Of a stretch of DNA of 64,000 nt, positions 1-14,616 are shown piece after piece. This DNA comes from the human T2T-CHM13v2.0 reference genome, Homo sapiens. The position numbers and the translations under genes were made by a program. The stretch lies in the NCBI RefSeq assembly GCF_009914755.1, contig NC_060927.1. One strand, written 5' to 3'. Every line of letters begins with the position of its first letter. The stretch's first letter is position 1. The notes under the pieces were generated by a model. The model saw only the letters and a program-made list of their open reading frames with translations. It searched no databases and was not told the origin of the DNA.

Positions 1-64
1 CATACAGGTGGTCCCTCATCAGCTGCAGGATGCTTCTCTTTTGTCCCCCATAGAAAGCAAGGAG

Positions 65-293
65 ATGGCCACCAAGGAGAAGCTGCAGTGTCTGAAAGAT
101 TTCCACAAGGACATCCTGAAGCCCTCACCAGGGAAGAGCCCAGGCACGCGGCCTGAGGACGAGGCTGAGGGAAAACCTCCGCAGAGGGAGAAGTGGTCTA
201 GCAAGATCGACTTTGTGCTCTCTGTGGCTGGCGGCTTCGTGGGCTTGGGCAACGTCTGGCGCTTCCCGTACCTCTGCTACAAGAATGGTGGAG
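65..293 (+). CDS. SLC6A6: Taurine transporter, first coding exon (exon 3; exon starts at 54): N-terminus and TM1
   Basis: Acceptor ttttgtcccccatag ends at 53; GAGATGG Kozak context; [24 protein letters not shown]...[18 protein letters not shown] is the SLC6/NSS signature; donor G|gtgagc at 294. Confidence 0.98.
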
Positions 294-1142
294 GTGAGCT
301 TGGGCCGGGCCACAGGGGAGCCCATCCAGTACAAAGCCGCCTTAGAGCTGGAGGCTGGGACCAGAGCGTGGGTGGCCTCTCTTTCCCTGCTTTCCCTGGC
401 CCCCCACCTTGACCTCCATGAGGTCAGCCTGCCATGCTCCTGCCAACCCCACCCTTAGAGACAGGGGATAAGCCCGACTGAGAATCAGAGTACTGTTCTG
501 CAGGGCCTTTCTGTGTTACCTTGAGCAGGTCCCTCAGCCTCTCTGGTCCTCCAGTTTGCCACCTCCAAAGAGGCAGGACAAGGCCAGGCTTGTGTCTCCC
601 AAGCCCCAGACATTCACACACCTCCTTATCTGTCCGCCATATCTACTTGCCTCTGACTCTTTATCTTTCCTTTAATATTCATGTTTGCTTTTCTAACTTT
701 ACCAAATGTACTCCAGAAAGCAAATTCTGTTACCCGCTGTAGATGGAAAACTGGTATCATTTGTCATGCTCCAAAGGTATCCAGGAATAAAAAGTACAGT
801 GAAGATATTTTTTAAATGTAGTGACTGCACTTGGTTGGGTTGATGAGTTGGTTGGTTTGGGTTTTTGGATTTTGGTTTGCTTTTGTTTTTGTGTTTTTGC
901 CTGCTGAAGGCTCCGAGCAGGAACCCTCTGACAGGTCTTCTGTTACGGGGTTGTGTTGAGGTCAGGCAGCACCTAACGGTGGTTTCTTGCTGGTGCCATG
1001 ATGGGGTTGAAGAGAACCGGATAGGGAGGAACTGCTCACGGCTGGTGACTGCTTGTTGTCAAAGGCTTGTGTGTCAGCAGAGATGGGCATGCCTTGTGCT
1101 GCCCACATTAGTAGAACCACCTTTTGGGGAATTTTCCCTTAG

Positions 1143-1308
1143 AGCCTGGTTTCTTAACCTTTTGTAGGTCTCAGGCCCCTTTGGGACTGTGATGAGTGTC
1201 CTAGACGCTCCCCAGAACAAAGCACATACACTAGACCCAAGTTGCCCACAGTTTCAAAGGGTTTATGGACCCGCTGAAGCCATTAGTGGACACCAGGTAG
1301 GATCCCCT
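1143..1308. mobile_element. hAT-Charlie MITE, MER103C-like
   Basis: ggtttcttaaccttttg...gcccctttggga...ctccccagaacaaagcacatac...ggacaccaggtaggatcccctg resembles the consensus as I recall it. Confidence 0.55.
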
Positions 1309-1487
1309 GCCCCGATGCTTTGCCCCCCCATTCTTCCCCTTGGTCCCGCCCCCACCGGAGATGCCTACCCTCTGCCCCTTACCACCTCACCCTTCCTAGC
1401 TGGTGCTTTTCTGCCTCCTGCCCTGGGCAGGCCTGGGGAGGGTAGGTGAAGGCCCCAACAAAGAGGCGACGTGTGAGTGGGTCTTAG

Positions 1488-2333
<846 letters not shown>

Positions 2334-2550
2334 TTATTGAGCACCTATTGTCTGCCAGGTCCATTGGAGCCTCATGCACATCACTTAGCTCTATGCTGAC
2401 ACAAGATAGCAGCCAGTACAGTACCAGTGTGATGCGGATGCTGCTGCTTAGGAGTACGGGGAAAGGAGATGTGGCAAGTGCCTAGCACGCAGTAGCTGCT
2501 CAGTAAGGCCCAGCATGCCCACTTCCCTAGGTTGTTGCATAGAGAAGCCT

Positions 2551-2991
2551 GCAGCTGCACTGTTCACAGTAGCAAAGACATGGAATCAGCCTAGGTGCCC
2601 ATCGGTGGTGGACTGGATAAAGAAAATGTGGTGCATATATACCATGGAAGACTATGCAGCCATAAAGAATAGCAGTATGGCCTTTGCAGCAACGTGGATA
2701 CAGCTGAAGGTCATTATCCTAAGTGAATTGATGCAGAAACAGAAAAACAAATACCACGTATTCTTGCTTATAGGTGGAAACTCAACCTTGGGTATACAGG
2801 GACATAAAGATGGGAGCAACAGACGCTGGGGACTCCACAAGGGGCGGGGAGCAAGGGTTGAAAGACTACCTATGGCATACTGTGTTCACTACTTGGGTGG
2901 CAGGAATCTGTGGAAGTGCAAACCTCAGTTTCATGCAATATTCTTCTGTCACAAACCTGCACCTGCACCCCCTGAATCTAAACAAGAAAAA
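2551..2991 (+). mobile_element. 5'-truncated L1 (ORF2 C-terminus and 3' UTR)
   Basis: Translates AALFTVAKTWNQPRCPSVVDWIKKMW; near-perfect TSD agaagcctg(c/t)agct at 2543-2556 / 2992-3005. Confidence 0.9.
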
Positions 2992-3404
2992 AGAAGCCTG
3001 TAGCTACTTGGCAGTAGAGTGCAGCAGATAAACATTCAGGTTCAGGAGGCTTTCTGTCTGGGTTCAAGTCTCATTAACTCCCCTTGATAGTTTTGTGACT
3101 TTGAGAAGGTCACTTTATACTTCAATTTTCTCATCTATGAAATGAAAATATAGTCGTATGTTTACTTCACAGGGTTGCTATGAAGACAAAATGACATAGC
3201 CACGTAGAATGCTTTGTACACAGTCAGCATCAAATGAATGGTAGCTTCCTTAGTCCTATGTTTAGTACTTAGTATGCACACAAAATAATCACTGTTATGA
3301 TTTAATTGGCAGAGACGGGAGCATATGTGAGTCTCTTCATTCGGTCATCCACGTAAATCCATTTATCCTTAAGCCTTTCTTCCATTAAACCACTCAGTAA
3401 TTAG

Positions 3405-3870
3405 ACTATCCATCCATTTTCCATCCATCTATCCATCTATTCATCCTTCCATTCATCTACCCAACCTTCTAACCTACCACCATCCATACATCCATCTAAC
3501 AAACTGATTATCTATGCAACAAATGGATATCTATCCATCAATCCAACATTCTTCAATTTAGCTGTTTATCCATTCATCTGGCCATTCATTCAATCATCCA
3601 ACTATCCATCTGTTCATTCATCCATCTATTTATCTCATCTATTCAGCTATCCATCCATCCATCCATCCATCCATCCATCCATCCATCCATCCAAACATCC
3701 AACCATCCAACCATCCAATCAACCATCCTCTTTATTATCTATCTTTTCATCCATCCATCTATTTATCCATCCATCCATTGTTCTATCCCCCCTGCCCCCT
3801 GCCATCCATCCCATTTATCTAACCATCTGTTGTTTCACCTTTCCATTCAACCAGCCATCCATTCACCCTA
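3405..3870. repeat. Degenerate (TCCA)n microsatellite, pure core ~3648-3692
   Basis: Repeated ccat/tcca units directly visible. Confidence 0.9.
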
Positions 3871-4008
3871 TAAATATTTGGTGGTCACTGTTGAAAGGCC
3901 TCTTGTGGCCTGGGGCCTGGGGATACCATGGCCTTCCAGTTGAGTATGTGGCCGTGGTGGGTCTGGCCTCCCTCAGATGTTTACTCATCTCATTTGCCCA
4001 ACCTGCAG

Positions 4009-4243
4009 GTATCGGCTATGCCTCCGTTGTAATTGTGTCCCTCCTGAATGTCTACTACATCGTCATCCTGGCCTGGGCCACATACTACCTGTTCCAGTCC
4101 TTCCAGAAGGAGCTGCCCTGGGCACACTGCAACCACAGCTGGAACACACCTCACTGCATGGAGGACACCATGCGCAAGAACAAGAGTGTCTGGATCACCA
4201 TCAGCTCCACCAACTTCACCTCCCCTGTCATCGAGTTCTGGGA
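4009..4243 (+). CDS. SLC6A6: Exon 5 (TM3 and EL2 with NHS/NKS/NFT sequons)
   Basis: cctgcag|GTATC acceptor; [24 protein letters not shown]...SPVIEFWE; GA|gtaagg donor; 235 nt. Confidence 0.97.
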
Positions 4244-4671
4244 GTAAGGCCACCTCATTGAAGCAAGGAGGAGGACATGGGTGGGGCAGAGAGGATGGCC
4301 CACTTCCTTATCTCCTCCCCTGGGATACAGGAGCCACTGTCTTCGGGGGAGTGGGAGGAGGGTGCAGATCTGGAGATAAATTTATGCCTTTGGCCATAGA
4401 CAGGACTGGAATCCCAGTTCTGCCACTTACTGGCTGTTTGACCTTAGGCAAGCCACTCCTCCTTTCTGAGCCTCAGTTTCTTTACCTGTAAGATAAAAAG
4501 AATGAATCATTACTACCCTGTGAGGCAGGTATGCATACTTATGTTGTCTAAAAATGATACAGTTTTCTTAATGTATTTTAGGAAAAAATATATTCTGTTA
4601 TTGCACAGAGAAGAATGCATATATGAAGCTGAAGTAGTTAAGTGGAAAGTGAGTAGGTAGAGTGAAAAAGA

Positions 4672-5143
4672 TGCATCAGTTAGCTTTTGCTATGTAACAA
4701 CCATCCCCAGACTTGGCGGCCTTAAACAACAACAATTTATTTAGCTCTTGATTGTTCTGCTTGTTGGCAGTTTGGGCTGAGCTTGGCTGGGCAGTTCTTC
4801 TGGTCTTGGTCTCCTCCACGTGTCTGCAGGCAACTGTAGGTCCTCTGGGTAGCTCTTCTGGGGTTTGGCCGGCTATTGGCTGGGGTGTGAGGGGCAACTG
4901 GTCCCTGTGGTTTCATCACCCAGCAGGCTAGCCTGGGCTTGTCACCGGCCACTAAGCAAGCACTCTAGGAACAAGAAACGGTCAATCCCCGAAACCCAAG
5001 TGCTTTTCAAGCCTCTGTCTGTATCATTTTTGTTCATGTCCCTTTGGCCAAAGAAAGCCACAAGACAAACCCAGATTCAAGAGGTGGAGGAAATAAATTC
5101 TGTCTCTTCATGAGAGGAGTGAAGAACTGTAGTCAGTAACTAC
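4672..5143 (-). mobile_element. MLT1-family (ERVL-MaLR) solo LTR
   Basis: tgcatcagttagcttttgctatgtaacaa...ttaaacaacaacaatttattt...cccagattcaagaggtggagga are typical MLT1 segments. Confidence 0.75.
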
Positions 5144-6134
5144 AGGGAGGATACAGAGGACAAACATCAGAAAGGTGGGATGTGGAGTCCTGATCTTGGG
5201 GAACTCTTGAGTGAGCTGATGTGTGGAGACATTCTTCTAACATAGTGCTTAGAGGCTGATCAAAAATAGGCTACTGCATCATTTCCCTCTTCTTCATAAG
5301 CCAGCCTTGGGGCTCAGCACTCAAGTGCAGCCCCTTGACCCTGGAAATAACTGAGATGAGGCCTTGAGTGAAGGTTGTGAGCCAGGGGCAGGGGTGCTGT
5401 TAAGGAAGAGGGTGGTTCTGGTTCTGAATCATCACGAGATGACAGTCCCTGTCTTTTGTGTGTGGTTTTGCCATTTTCAAGGTGTTTACCCACCTCTTAG
5501 GAGCTGGCCCAGGAATGGGCCAGAGAAGAGGGAGCGGCCTACCGACTGGCCCCAGCCATGCTTTGGGGTCAGGGCTGGGACATCGTTGGCAAAGAAGGGG
5601 TCGGTTGCCCTCACTGGTGTGGAGCCCTTACTTGGTCGGTCCGTGTCACTGTCGCTGCTCCAGGCCTTCAGTGTATGCTCAGGGCAGGTCCTTAGGCCCA
5701 CTGTCACTGGGGGTTCCTCTAGTGTGTATATTTTCCACTTACAAACAAAAGGGACATTGGAAGCACAATCATTGCCCCTCGGTTCCCCGCTCCCTGGGGA
5801 GCTGAGTTCACAGACAAAGAAAGGCTGGCACTTCCTTTTTCTCACTTGAATGGGGTCCAAGGCACAGCCTTGTCCTTTCTCTGCTGTTTTTGGAGTGGCC
5901 TGAAAACCGGGCCTTCCCCACTCCTGGACACTGGCACTCAGCCAGTTACTGAAGGCGTTTGCTGGGACCTCCTTGCCTCAGACATTGACTGGCCTGCCTG
6001 GGTTTGAACCCTCACTTTGCCACTTCTAGCTTAGGCGGAAGTATCCCGCTCTCTGGGCCGTGGTATCCTCACCTGCACCTGGGGAGATGGCAGTGCTGAC
6101 ATCCCAAGGTTGTAGGATGGCCCTGACTGCATGA

Positions 6135-6476
<342 letters not shown>

Positions 6477-9400
6477 AGAATCCATTATTATTTATCGAGT
6501 GCCCTCATAGTGCATAAAACTACCCCTCAGGGCAGTTTCTTTGTGTGTTATGAACTTAAAGAATCACCCCCTATTGTAAAGGGGTCATCCTCTTCTGGGC
6601 TCTGCTTGTCTCGCTGTTGTCTAGGACCCAGGGGTCTTAGAGAGGGAACACTTGGGAGCAATGTGAGGTCCTCAGGTTGGCCAGTCCTCACTCACACCTT
6701 CCAGAGGGACCGGGCCCTCGGGGGTATTCTGGGACCCTTGCCTTCCAGAATCTCCATTCTGAGCACCCCAGCTCCATTTTCTGGCCTGGAAGACACTGAG
6801 ACAGTATTTATCTTTGGAAAGTGTCTGGTTCTGCAGGCATCTTCCCAAGCTTCTGCATGATCCAGATGGATTTGCTCTGTCCAAAGAACCCTGGCTGCCA
6901 GCTTGGTACTCACCTCCCACTCCAGCTCTCACACCTCTCCTACCCCTGCACCCCTAGCCCCAGATTCCAGCAGAGCTTTGTGAGACCACCTGAACATTCA
7001 CAAATAAGCTGCCCTCTTTCTAGAACCCTGGGGAAGATTGAGGGCCATGGAGCAGGAGCCTGGAAAGCAGGCTTAGGCAAGACCAGCACTGCCTCCTGTG
7101 ACCTGCCTTCACAGCACAGGCCGAGGCCAGAGAACTACACCAGGGGACAGCTCAGTTCCAGCCCTGAGCCAGGTGCCGTGGGCAAGAAAGACCCGGCCTC
7201 CTGCCTTCAAGAGCCTTCTCTTTTCTTGGCATGCAATGGTGGAAAGGCAAGAGAACCAGTAGGGAATAGTTGACTCCTGTGAGCATAGTACTAGGAACTT
7301 GCCCCTGTCATTTCTTTCAGTCTCTAAGTAGAGGAAATAGCTAGGCATCATCCAAAACTCTTCTTTCTACCTCAAATCCCACATCCAATTCACACATCTT
7401 CTTGGCTCCCCCTTCAGAGTATACCTACAATCTGAGCACTGTCCCCATGCACTGTCACCCCCATGGGACCCCCATCACTCTCCTGGACACCAGCACTGGC
7501 CTCTTGGATCTCTCCGTGCCTTATCCTTGCACCTCCGTAACCAATTCTGAATCCAACCTGTTAATTCCCAGCTCAGAACCCTCTCATGGCTTTTCCCATG
7601 CTATGATCTCACCCTGGCAGAAAGGATTGAGACTATTTCAACACAGCAAGTGCTCACTGGGTGCTGAATCTCCTCATTAGTTCCATGTCTTCATCCACCT
7701 GCGTGGAGCAGCAAATCACTACCTCTCTCTGGCTCACTTCCCCATCTGCAGATGGAGGAGCATATGAGCTGGGCTTTGAAGGATGAGTAGAAGTTCACTA
7801 GGCAGAAAAGGAGAGTGACAAGACAGTCTAGGTAGGAGGAACAGCCCATGCAGAGTCAGCATTCTGAAAGCACATGAGTATTTGGGATGGTTTGGCTAGA
7901 GCATAGGATGCACGGGTGAGGGCCAGGTAGGGCCAGGGAGAAGGGTCAAAGCCTTGAATGTTAGGCGGGTACATTTGAACTTTGTTCTCTTGGAGGAGGA
8001 ACCATAGAAGGTATATGAGAAGGGAGGTGGTGTGACTGAATTGAATGTGATTTTTGGACATTCCTTAAGGAACACACTGGTGGGAAAGAGAGGCTGGATG
8101 TATGCTGAGCACTGACTGTATACGGGGCCTCGGAGACCTCAGCCTTCAGCAGGTCTGGGTTCCCTTTGGGTGAAACTTATCTGAATCCCCCTGAAGATAG
8201 CCACCAACCCTGCAGCGTCTGACCCTGGGGTTTCTCTCGAGTGAATCTTGTCAGGATTTTTTGCGCGTTGCTGTCTGGGAGCCAGTTGGGCGGCAGAGCA
8301 GTGAGGATACCCTCGAAGGTTGGTCTTGGTGACCCTCAAGCTGAAGCCCAGCCCCAGCTGTTGCTTCCTTTCACTTCTCTTATATGCCCCAGATGCATAG
8401 GTCCCTGGCCCGTCCTTTCCTTCAGCAGGAGTTGCTGGCAGGTGCTGCTGGCAGGTGCTCAGTAGTCTCTGGAAGTCAGGGGTACGAGGCACCAGGGGAG
8501 CGGAGCCATCTCCCAGCTTCTTCTGGGCAGGAAAGGTCCCTGTTGACCCTCCCTGCCAGCCCTTCCTCCCTCTGTTTTCACAGAGGAGGCAGCAGAGCAG
8601 CAATGGGTGACATTCCCCTTTCCTTGTGGGGGGAGACAAAGCTCAACTCTGGCTCCCACACATCCCAGCTGCACGACCTTGAGGCAGTGACCTCACCTCT
8701 CCACGCCCTCTTCTCTCCTCTGTAAACAGAAGTAGCGTGGTCCCAATGACTCACAGCCTGGCTTGAGTGTTTTGGAGCTAAGACCAGGGATGTGCTTTGC
8801 AGGGGGCCACGGGACACTGACGATGCAAGACGTGCAGTGCCCTGCCCGAGGTCACGTGCACAGCTAGAAGGAGCAAAGCTTCCAGCCCTGGCATTCAGCA
8901 CTGCATCCTGCCTCCAGCTAACCTTTTGTCTGTGTCCCCACCAGCCACCAGCCCAGAGCCCGGGCCAGGCTTGGGAGCCCAAGTCCATGGTCACAGATCA
9001 CATTGTGCCACATGTGTGTCTCCCCGCTCCCAGGTTACTCTTGGGGTCTTCTCTCGGCCTGGACCCCCTACACCCACCCTGTGTGCAGTGCTAAGTCACC
9101 ATTCTCAGCAGAAGCCAGTGAGCTGCACTTTCCCAGATCCTCATGAGAAGCCGCTGGGGCCCCAGAGACAGTCATTTCATGCTGGCTTTATAATTGAGCG
9201 CCGAGTTGCTCTGGGATGGGGAAGCAGAGCTTTTGTCCCCTGCTTCTCCTTGCTGTCTGGGGTCACCTCTGTCCCAAGGTCGCCCTGGAGGACAGGCGGG
9301 GCCAGACCTGGCCAGAGGCCCTCCATCAGGCTGGAGCCGTGCCTTCCTCCTAGGCTCCTCCAGACCCCCTGGGAGCTCGGCACGTATCATTAGACTTTAT

Positions 9401-9979
9401 TAGAATCAAAGAAATGAGTCATATTTGCAAACAAGGCCTGCTCAGCCAATCTTCCCCTGCAGCTGTCGGAAAGAGGAGGCGGTGGAGAAAGGCTGCACGG
9501 CCCCGTGCTCTGGGCGGACGGGCCCTTTTATAATTGTTGCCTCTGCTAGTCTCCAGGGGAGAGCCATGGCCAATAAATGGCTGGCGTGCAGTCAAAAGGA
9601 AACGATTTGGCCCGCTAGGAGGACGTATTTACATCTCTGAGTGCCGGCTGGACGGCAGCAGGGCGGCCGACTCAAAACAGACGTCCAGGCAGTTCTTTTT
9701 TGGATCCCACCCTGGAGTGAATCATTACTATTCTTGGACAAGAATGCAGCTTACCTCGGAGTCTCCTCCCTCTATATGAGACAGACGAGGAAGCTGGGGA
9801 TGATGGGGCCCTTGCCAAGGCCAGCACCATGCCCGGCACATGAGGTGGCTGGCCCCAGGGTGGCATCAGTAAAAAGGAACCAGGTCCATGGCTGATTTCT
9901 ATCTGAGTGATTTCAGGTGCATTCCTGAACTTGTCTCAGCCTCAGTTTCCCCATCAACCAAATGGGTATAATTAATTTA

Positions 9980-10370
9980 CTCAATTAATGTCAGCTGAGC
10001 ACCTATTAGGTACCAGGCACTGTTCAGTGATCAAGACAGACATAGACCCTGCCTTCTTGGGACTGACATTTTAGTGGGACAGGCAGACATTAAATAGATA
10101 GCACATGTACAATTATAATATAAAAGCAATAAGTGATGAGAAATAGGCTCAGGGCAGGGGAAGGACAGTGACCAGGGATGTTTTTTACAGAGGGTGGCCA
10201 GGAACAGCTGCCCTGGGGATGTGGCCTTTGAGCAGAGACCTGAAGGAAAGGAGCGAGGGAGTTTTGGAACAAGTGGCTGAGGGAAGCAGTTAGGTCCAAG
10301 GCCTTAAGGCAGGATCGCGTTCGACCTGTTCAGGGAATGGCCCAGATAGCAGCTAGGGTGGCTGAAGGAG
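9980..10370 (-). mobile_element. L2 3' fragment
   Basis: ctgagcacctattaggtaccaggcactg...tttgagcagagacctgaagga, typical antisense L2 3' end. Confidence 0.65.
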
Positions 10371-11089
10371 GAGAAAGTGATGCTGCAGTCTGGGGGATGA
10401 GGGTAGGGCTTGGGCGCCCGCACCCCCAGCCTGCCCAGAACACTTCCCCTTTACACCCGTTCACCTGTGTGTTTACTAATTGGCACCCCCTCGCTCTTAA
10501 AAGTGAGTCTGAATGGCAGGGTCAGAAGGGCCGTGTTGGCCGGGGAGCGGGAGCCCTGGGAGGACGTGGAGCAGAGGAGGGATGTGGCCTGACATAGGTA
10601 TTGATAGATTCCCTCTGACTTGTTGGGGCAGGAGTAGAGGGAGGAAGACCAACGAAGAGGCTGCTGGAAATCATCCTGGGGGCGTCAGGGGCCTGGACAG
10701 GGGCAGAGACAGTGTGCTGGGAGAGCTGTGTTAACACTGTGGGGAGCCTGTGCAGCTTCCTCCTGGGGTACTTAGGAGGCACAGGTGAGTGGCAGGGCGC
10801 CATGGCGTTCCCTCGGCACGACACTCTACAGTTTACTGAGCACGCCCTCACTGCTGGGTAGGGATTGGCTGGGATCCTGATCGGCTGCTTTCTGGCTGGG
10901 AAGACCCTGGAAGTCAGACACGGAAGGGACTGTGGAGGGGCCTGCCTGAGATTCAGCCTGCATGGCTGCCCGAGATGTCTTTGGAAAGAATGTCAGTTGC
11001 TCTGGCCCTGAGCCTGTGTCAGGCTGTGTTGTGACAAATCCTGATTGATGAGATACATTGGTTTCAGTCCTAGTATGTTCACATGGCCC

Positions 11090-11590
11090 GTTATAAAGCT
11101 TTTCAAGAATTTAAAATAACTTTTATAAAGGTGATATGTGCACATTAAAAACATTGAAATAGTGCAAAAATACTTTGCAAAGTGCATCCCCCTCCCCCAC
11201 ACAGGCAGCAACTGCCACCAGCTTCTTGTGTGTCCTGCCAAAAATAGTGTGTGTGTATTCAAGTACAAATGTGTCTCTGTCTCCCTCCCTCTTTACACGG
11301 TAGGGAGCATGTCTCATGCACTGTTCTTCACCTTGCTTCTTTCCTGCATTTTGTCTCCAGGACCGAGCTCCTTAGTAGGACACAGAACTTTCCTGTTTTA
11401 CACCGCTGCATTGTATTCCAGTGTGTGCCTGCTCCACAGTTTACAAGCTCCTCTTGATGGACATTTGAGTCATTTCCAATCTTTCACTCTACAGACAGCA
11501 CTGCTTGAGGGGGGTACTATGTCTCTGGCCACCCATGCAGATGTAACTATAGGAGGTAATCCTAGGAATGGAATTGCCTGATCAAAGCAA
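11090..11590 (-). mobile_element. Old L1M 3' fragment
   Basis: gctgcattgtattccagtgtgtg...gatggacatttgagtcatttccaatc...cctaggaatggaattgc. Confidence 0.7.
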
Positions 11591-14378
11591 ACGTCCCTGG
11601 ATGGCACCATGAGGTCCTACAAAGGGACTACCACCAGCAATGGAGAAGGAGGCGGAGGACTCATTTTCTTTGTTGTAGACTCCATAGCTGGTCAGCTGCC
11701 CCGAACAAGTCAGTGTGGCAGCCTCCCATCAGTATTGGGCACCACTGGTTTGACCAGCATGGTGGTAGGAGAAGGGCAGATGCTGTTAGATGAGCTGGCT
11801 GCAGGCTGGGTATGGTCAGAATCAGGGCTCTGGAGTATTAAGCTTCTCAACCAGCTTGCCCTGAAGAATCAAAGGAAAGGCTGTCTTGTGACTGTGCATC
11901 TTATCAGCATATAAAGCCCTTGTCCTTGGGATGTCCAGGGTCTGGTGGGCAACACAGACATTTCCCCAGCGTGGGACAGGACAGCGGAAGACAGACAGGG
12001 GCTCTACAGTGAGTCTTCCAGAACCTCAGGGAGGCTTCCTTTGAGACGGAGGATAGTGCACCTGGTGGGCCTGGGAGATGGTGGAAAGGTGCTCTTCCTC
12101 CTCTCCTGGTGCTGCCCATTCACAAGGAAGTCTTGGGCCACTGCCCAGCCTGCCCTGGCTTTCACTGAAGGTGCTGAGCCCTGCAGAATGAGGAAAGGCT
12201 TTTTGTTTTAAAGCCGTGGCAGGCGCCAGATCCACATGCTTGGCAGGGCCCCAGCTGGGATGTGGTTGGCCGCCAGCCTGCCCTATAGGGATGCCCCCTG
12301 CCCCAAGGTGCCAGGTGATCCCAGCATATAGCAGAGGACTGAAGAGATTGTTAAATCAGCATATAGCAGAGGACTGAAGAGATTGTTAAAATTTAGGCTC
12401 TGTTTTCTCTTAAAACCAGACCAACAGTGTAGTGGAGTAGAGAGAGCACTGGTTTTGGAGTCAGACAGGTGTGGGCTTGGGGTGGCAGCTCTGTGTCACC
12501 TGCTGGCTCTGTGACCATGGGCAAGTGGACCCACCAAGCCTTCATTTTCCCCATCTGTAAAATGGGGTGAATGGCCTCTACTCCTGGGATCAGATGAGAT
12601 AAACTGAAAAGGCCTTGGAAAGCAGGTGGTTGCTGGTAGCTTTTATTTCGTCCATCAGCATTATCATGTTGACATCCCTGGTGCCAGGGGGAGCCCACTG
12701 ATGTCGCTGTGACCAGCAAGAAGAGGGCAAAGAAAAGCTGTCCTGTCTTATGGCTGTTAGTGGGAGTATTTCACGGATCGGTCCTACAGTGACATGTGAA
12801 CTTGCTGTCCTCCCAGTTGAGTCCATTCATTCACTCATTCACTCAACAGGTCTTTATTGAGGTCCTCCAATGGGCCAGATGCTGTTCTAGGTGCTGGGAA
12901 CACAGCAGTAAACTAAAGAAAGGCCTTGCTTGAATACCAGTTGAGAAGGGAATCTTGGATTTATTCGAAGTCCTTATGTTGAAGCTTCTCTAAAAAAAAT
13001 AAAATAAAAATGATAAAGGGTCTAGCCTGGTGTGTGTTCCGAGAACCAGAGCCCTGACTGTGGGGGTAATCCCACGGACTGGCTGAAAGCTTGGGATGTT
13101 CCAGAATGCTTCCCCAAGAGCATCCTGGGCAGGAGCTGTTATTCTCATTTTACAAAAGGGGAAACTGAGGCACAGAGTCACACTTCACTCCCTGCCCCTC
13201 CTGCATGGGAGTGTGACCTTCAGACAGGGAGCTGACTCCCATTAGAAGGAAACTCAGCTTCTTCCAGGGGTTCGCAAACACCCTGGAGCATGCAGACCCT
13301 GTCTCTTGTGGCCAGCAGCCTGTGGTGGACAGGTAACCTGGGAGGCCCAGTGGGCAGGGCCGATGTCCCTGTTCTCAGCGTGGCTGTCCTCGATCACTGT
13401 TGCAGCAGTCAGAGCTCTGGGACCATGGGTGCCACTTCTGGGCATCAAGTTTCATGGCCTGGGCTGTCAGTACCCTGCATCGCCCTGGCCTGCTTTCAGA
13501 TGCTGTCATCCATAAGAATGTCTGGGAGTAGGTACTTGTGTGCTTGTTTAGCAGGGCAGCAGGAATCAGCTCGGATTGGTGGGAGGCTTAAGTCTGGACT
13601 CCAAAGACCCACGCTCTGCCGTGTCATCCTGGGCAGGGTTGGTGACTGTCCCGTGCCAATTATCCTTAAAACCGTTTACCTGCCTCTCTCTGAGACCCTC
13701 AAAACCCTGGCAGGGCAGGGGAGGAAACCAGCATTGCTTAGGTGCCGGCTGTGTGCCTGAAACTCCCCTGGGCATCTGAACACCACAGTTAACATCTGCA
13801 AAGGTTTATCAAGTGCTAGCTGCATCCCAGACCCTGAATTTAGGACCTTGTGTGACTTACATTTTAGTGAGAGATCCAGGTTACACAGGGATGAATAAAA
13901 TAATAAGGGACAATATTGGGGGAGGGCAACACTTTATAGACGAGGAGCCAGAGGTCTGGGAAAGTTGGCTAACTTCGTTCTGTCAGTGACAGAACAAACA
14001 GTAGAGCTGAGAATTGAACCTAGTGTTTGGCCCACGGTTGGCACTGAAGAAGGTTCTGCTGAAGTCCCAACAGAAAATCAGTGCCCATTTCACAGATGAG
14101 GAAACTGAGGCTCAGGGGTTCCTTAACTTGCCTGAGGCCAGACTAAGTTGAACCTGGGTTTGCCTGAATCTGGAGTCTGAGTCTATCCTTTTCTTTTCTT
14201 TCCAACAACTCTGTCTCAAGACAAATGGGGATTCCTGGGTTTGGAAAGGTGAGGTGACTTATGTAAATGCAGCGCCTCAGGTGGGATTTGACCCCCAGCC
14301 TGTTAATGTCCGAGCCTTGGCTCTCTCTACTCCAGGGCCAGGCCCCTCACTGACTCCTGGCTCTGTGTTTGCTTCAAG

Positions 14379-14511
14379 GCGCAACGTGCTGAGCTTGTCC
14401 CCTGGAATCGACCACCCAGGCTCTCTGAAATGGGACCTCGCTCTCTGCCTTCTTTTAGTCTGGCTAGTGTGTTTCTTCTGCATCTGGAAGGGCGTCAGGT
14501 CCACTGGGAAG
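14379..14511 (+). CDS. SLC6A6: Exon 6 (TM4)
   Basis: gcttcaag|GCGC acceptor; [44 protein letters not shown]; AAG|gtaagt donor; 133 nt. Confidence 0.97.
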
Positions 14512-14616
14512 GTAAGTTGGACTTCTGTCCGTCCCCTGCCTCCTGGAGAGCTGTGCCAGGCTGGCCCTCTCCCCCACTTCCCGCCTGCAATTAGCCACGC
14601 CCCAAGAGGGAGGTGG

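Noticed and set aside
2515-3003. 162-aa ORF with apparent protein homology
   Set aside because: It is the decayed L1 ORF2 C-terminus and 3' UTR bounded by a TSD.
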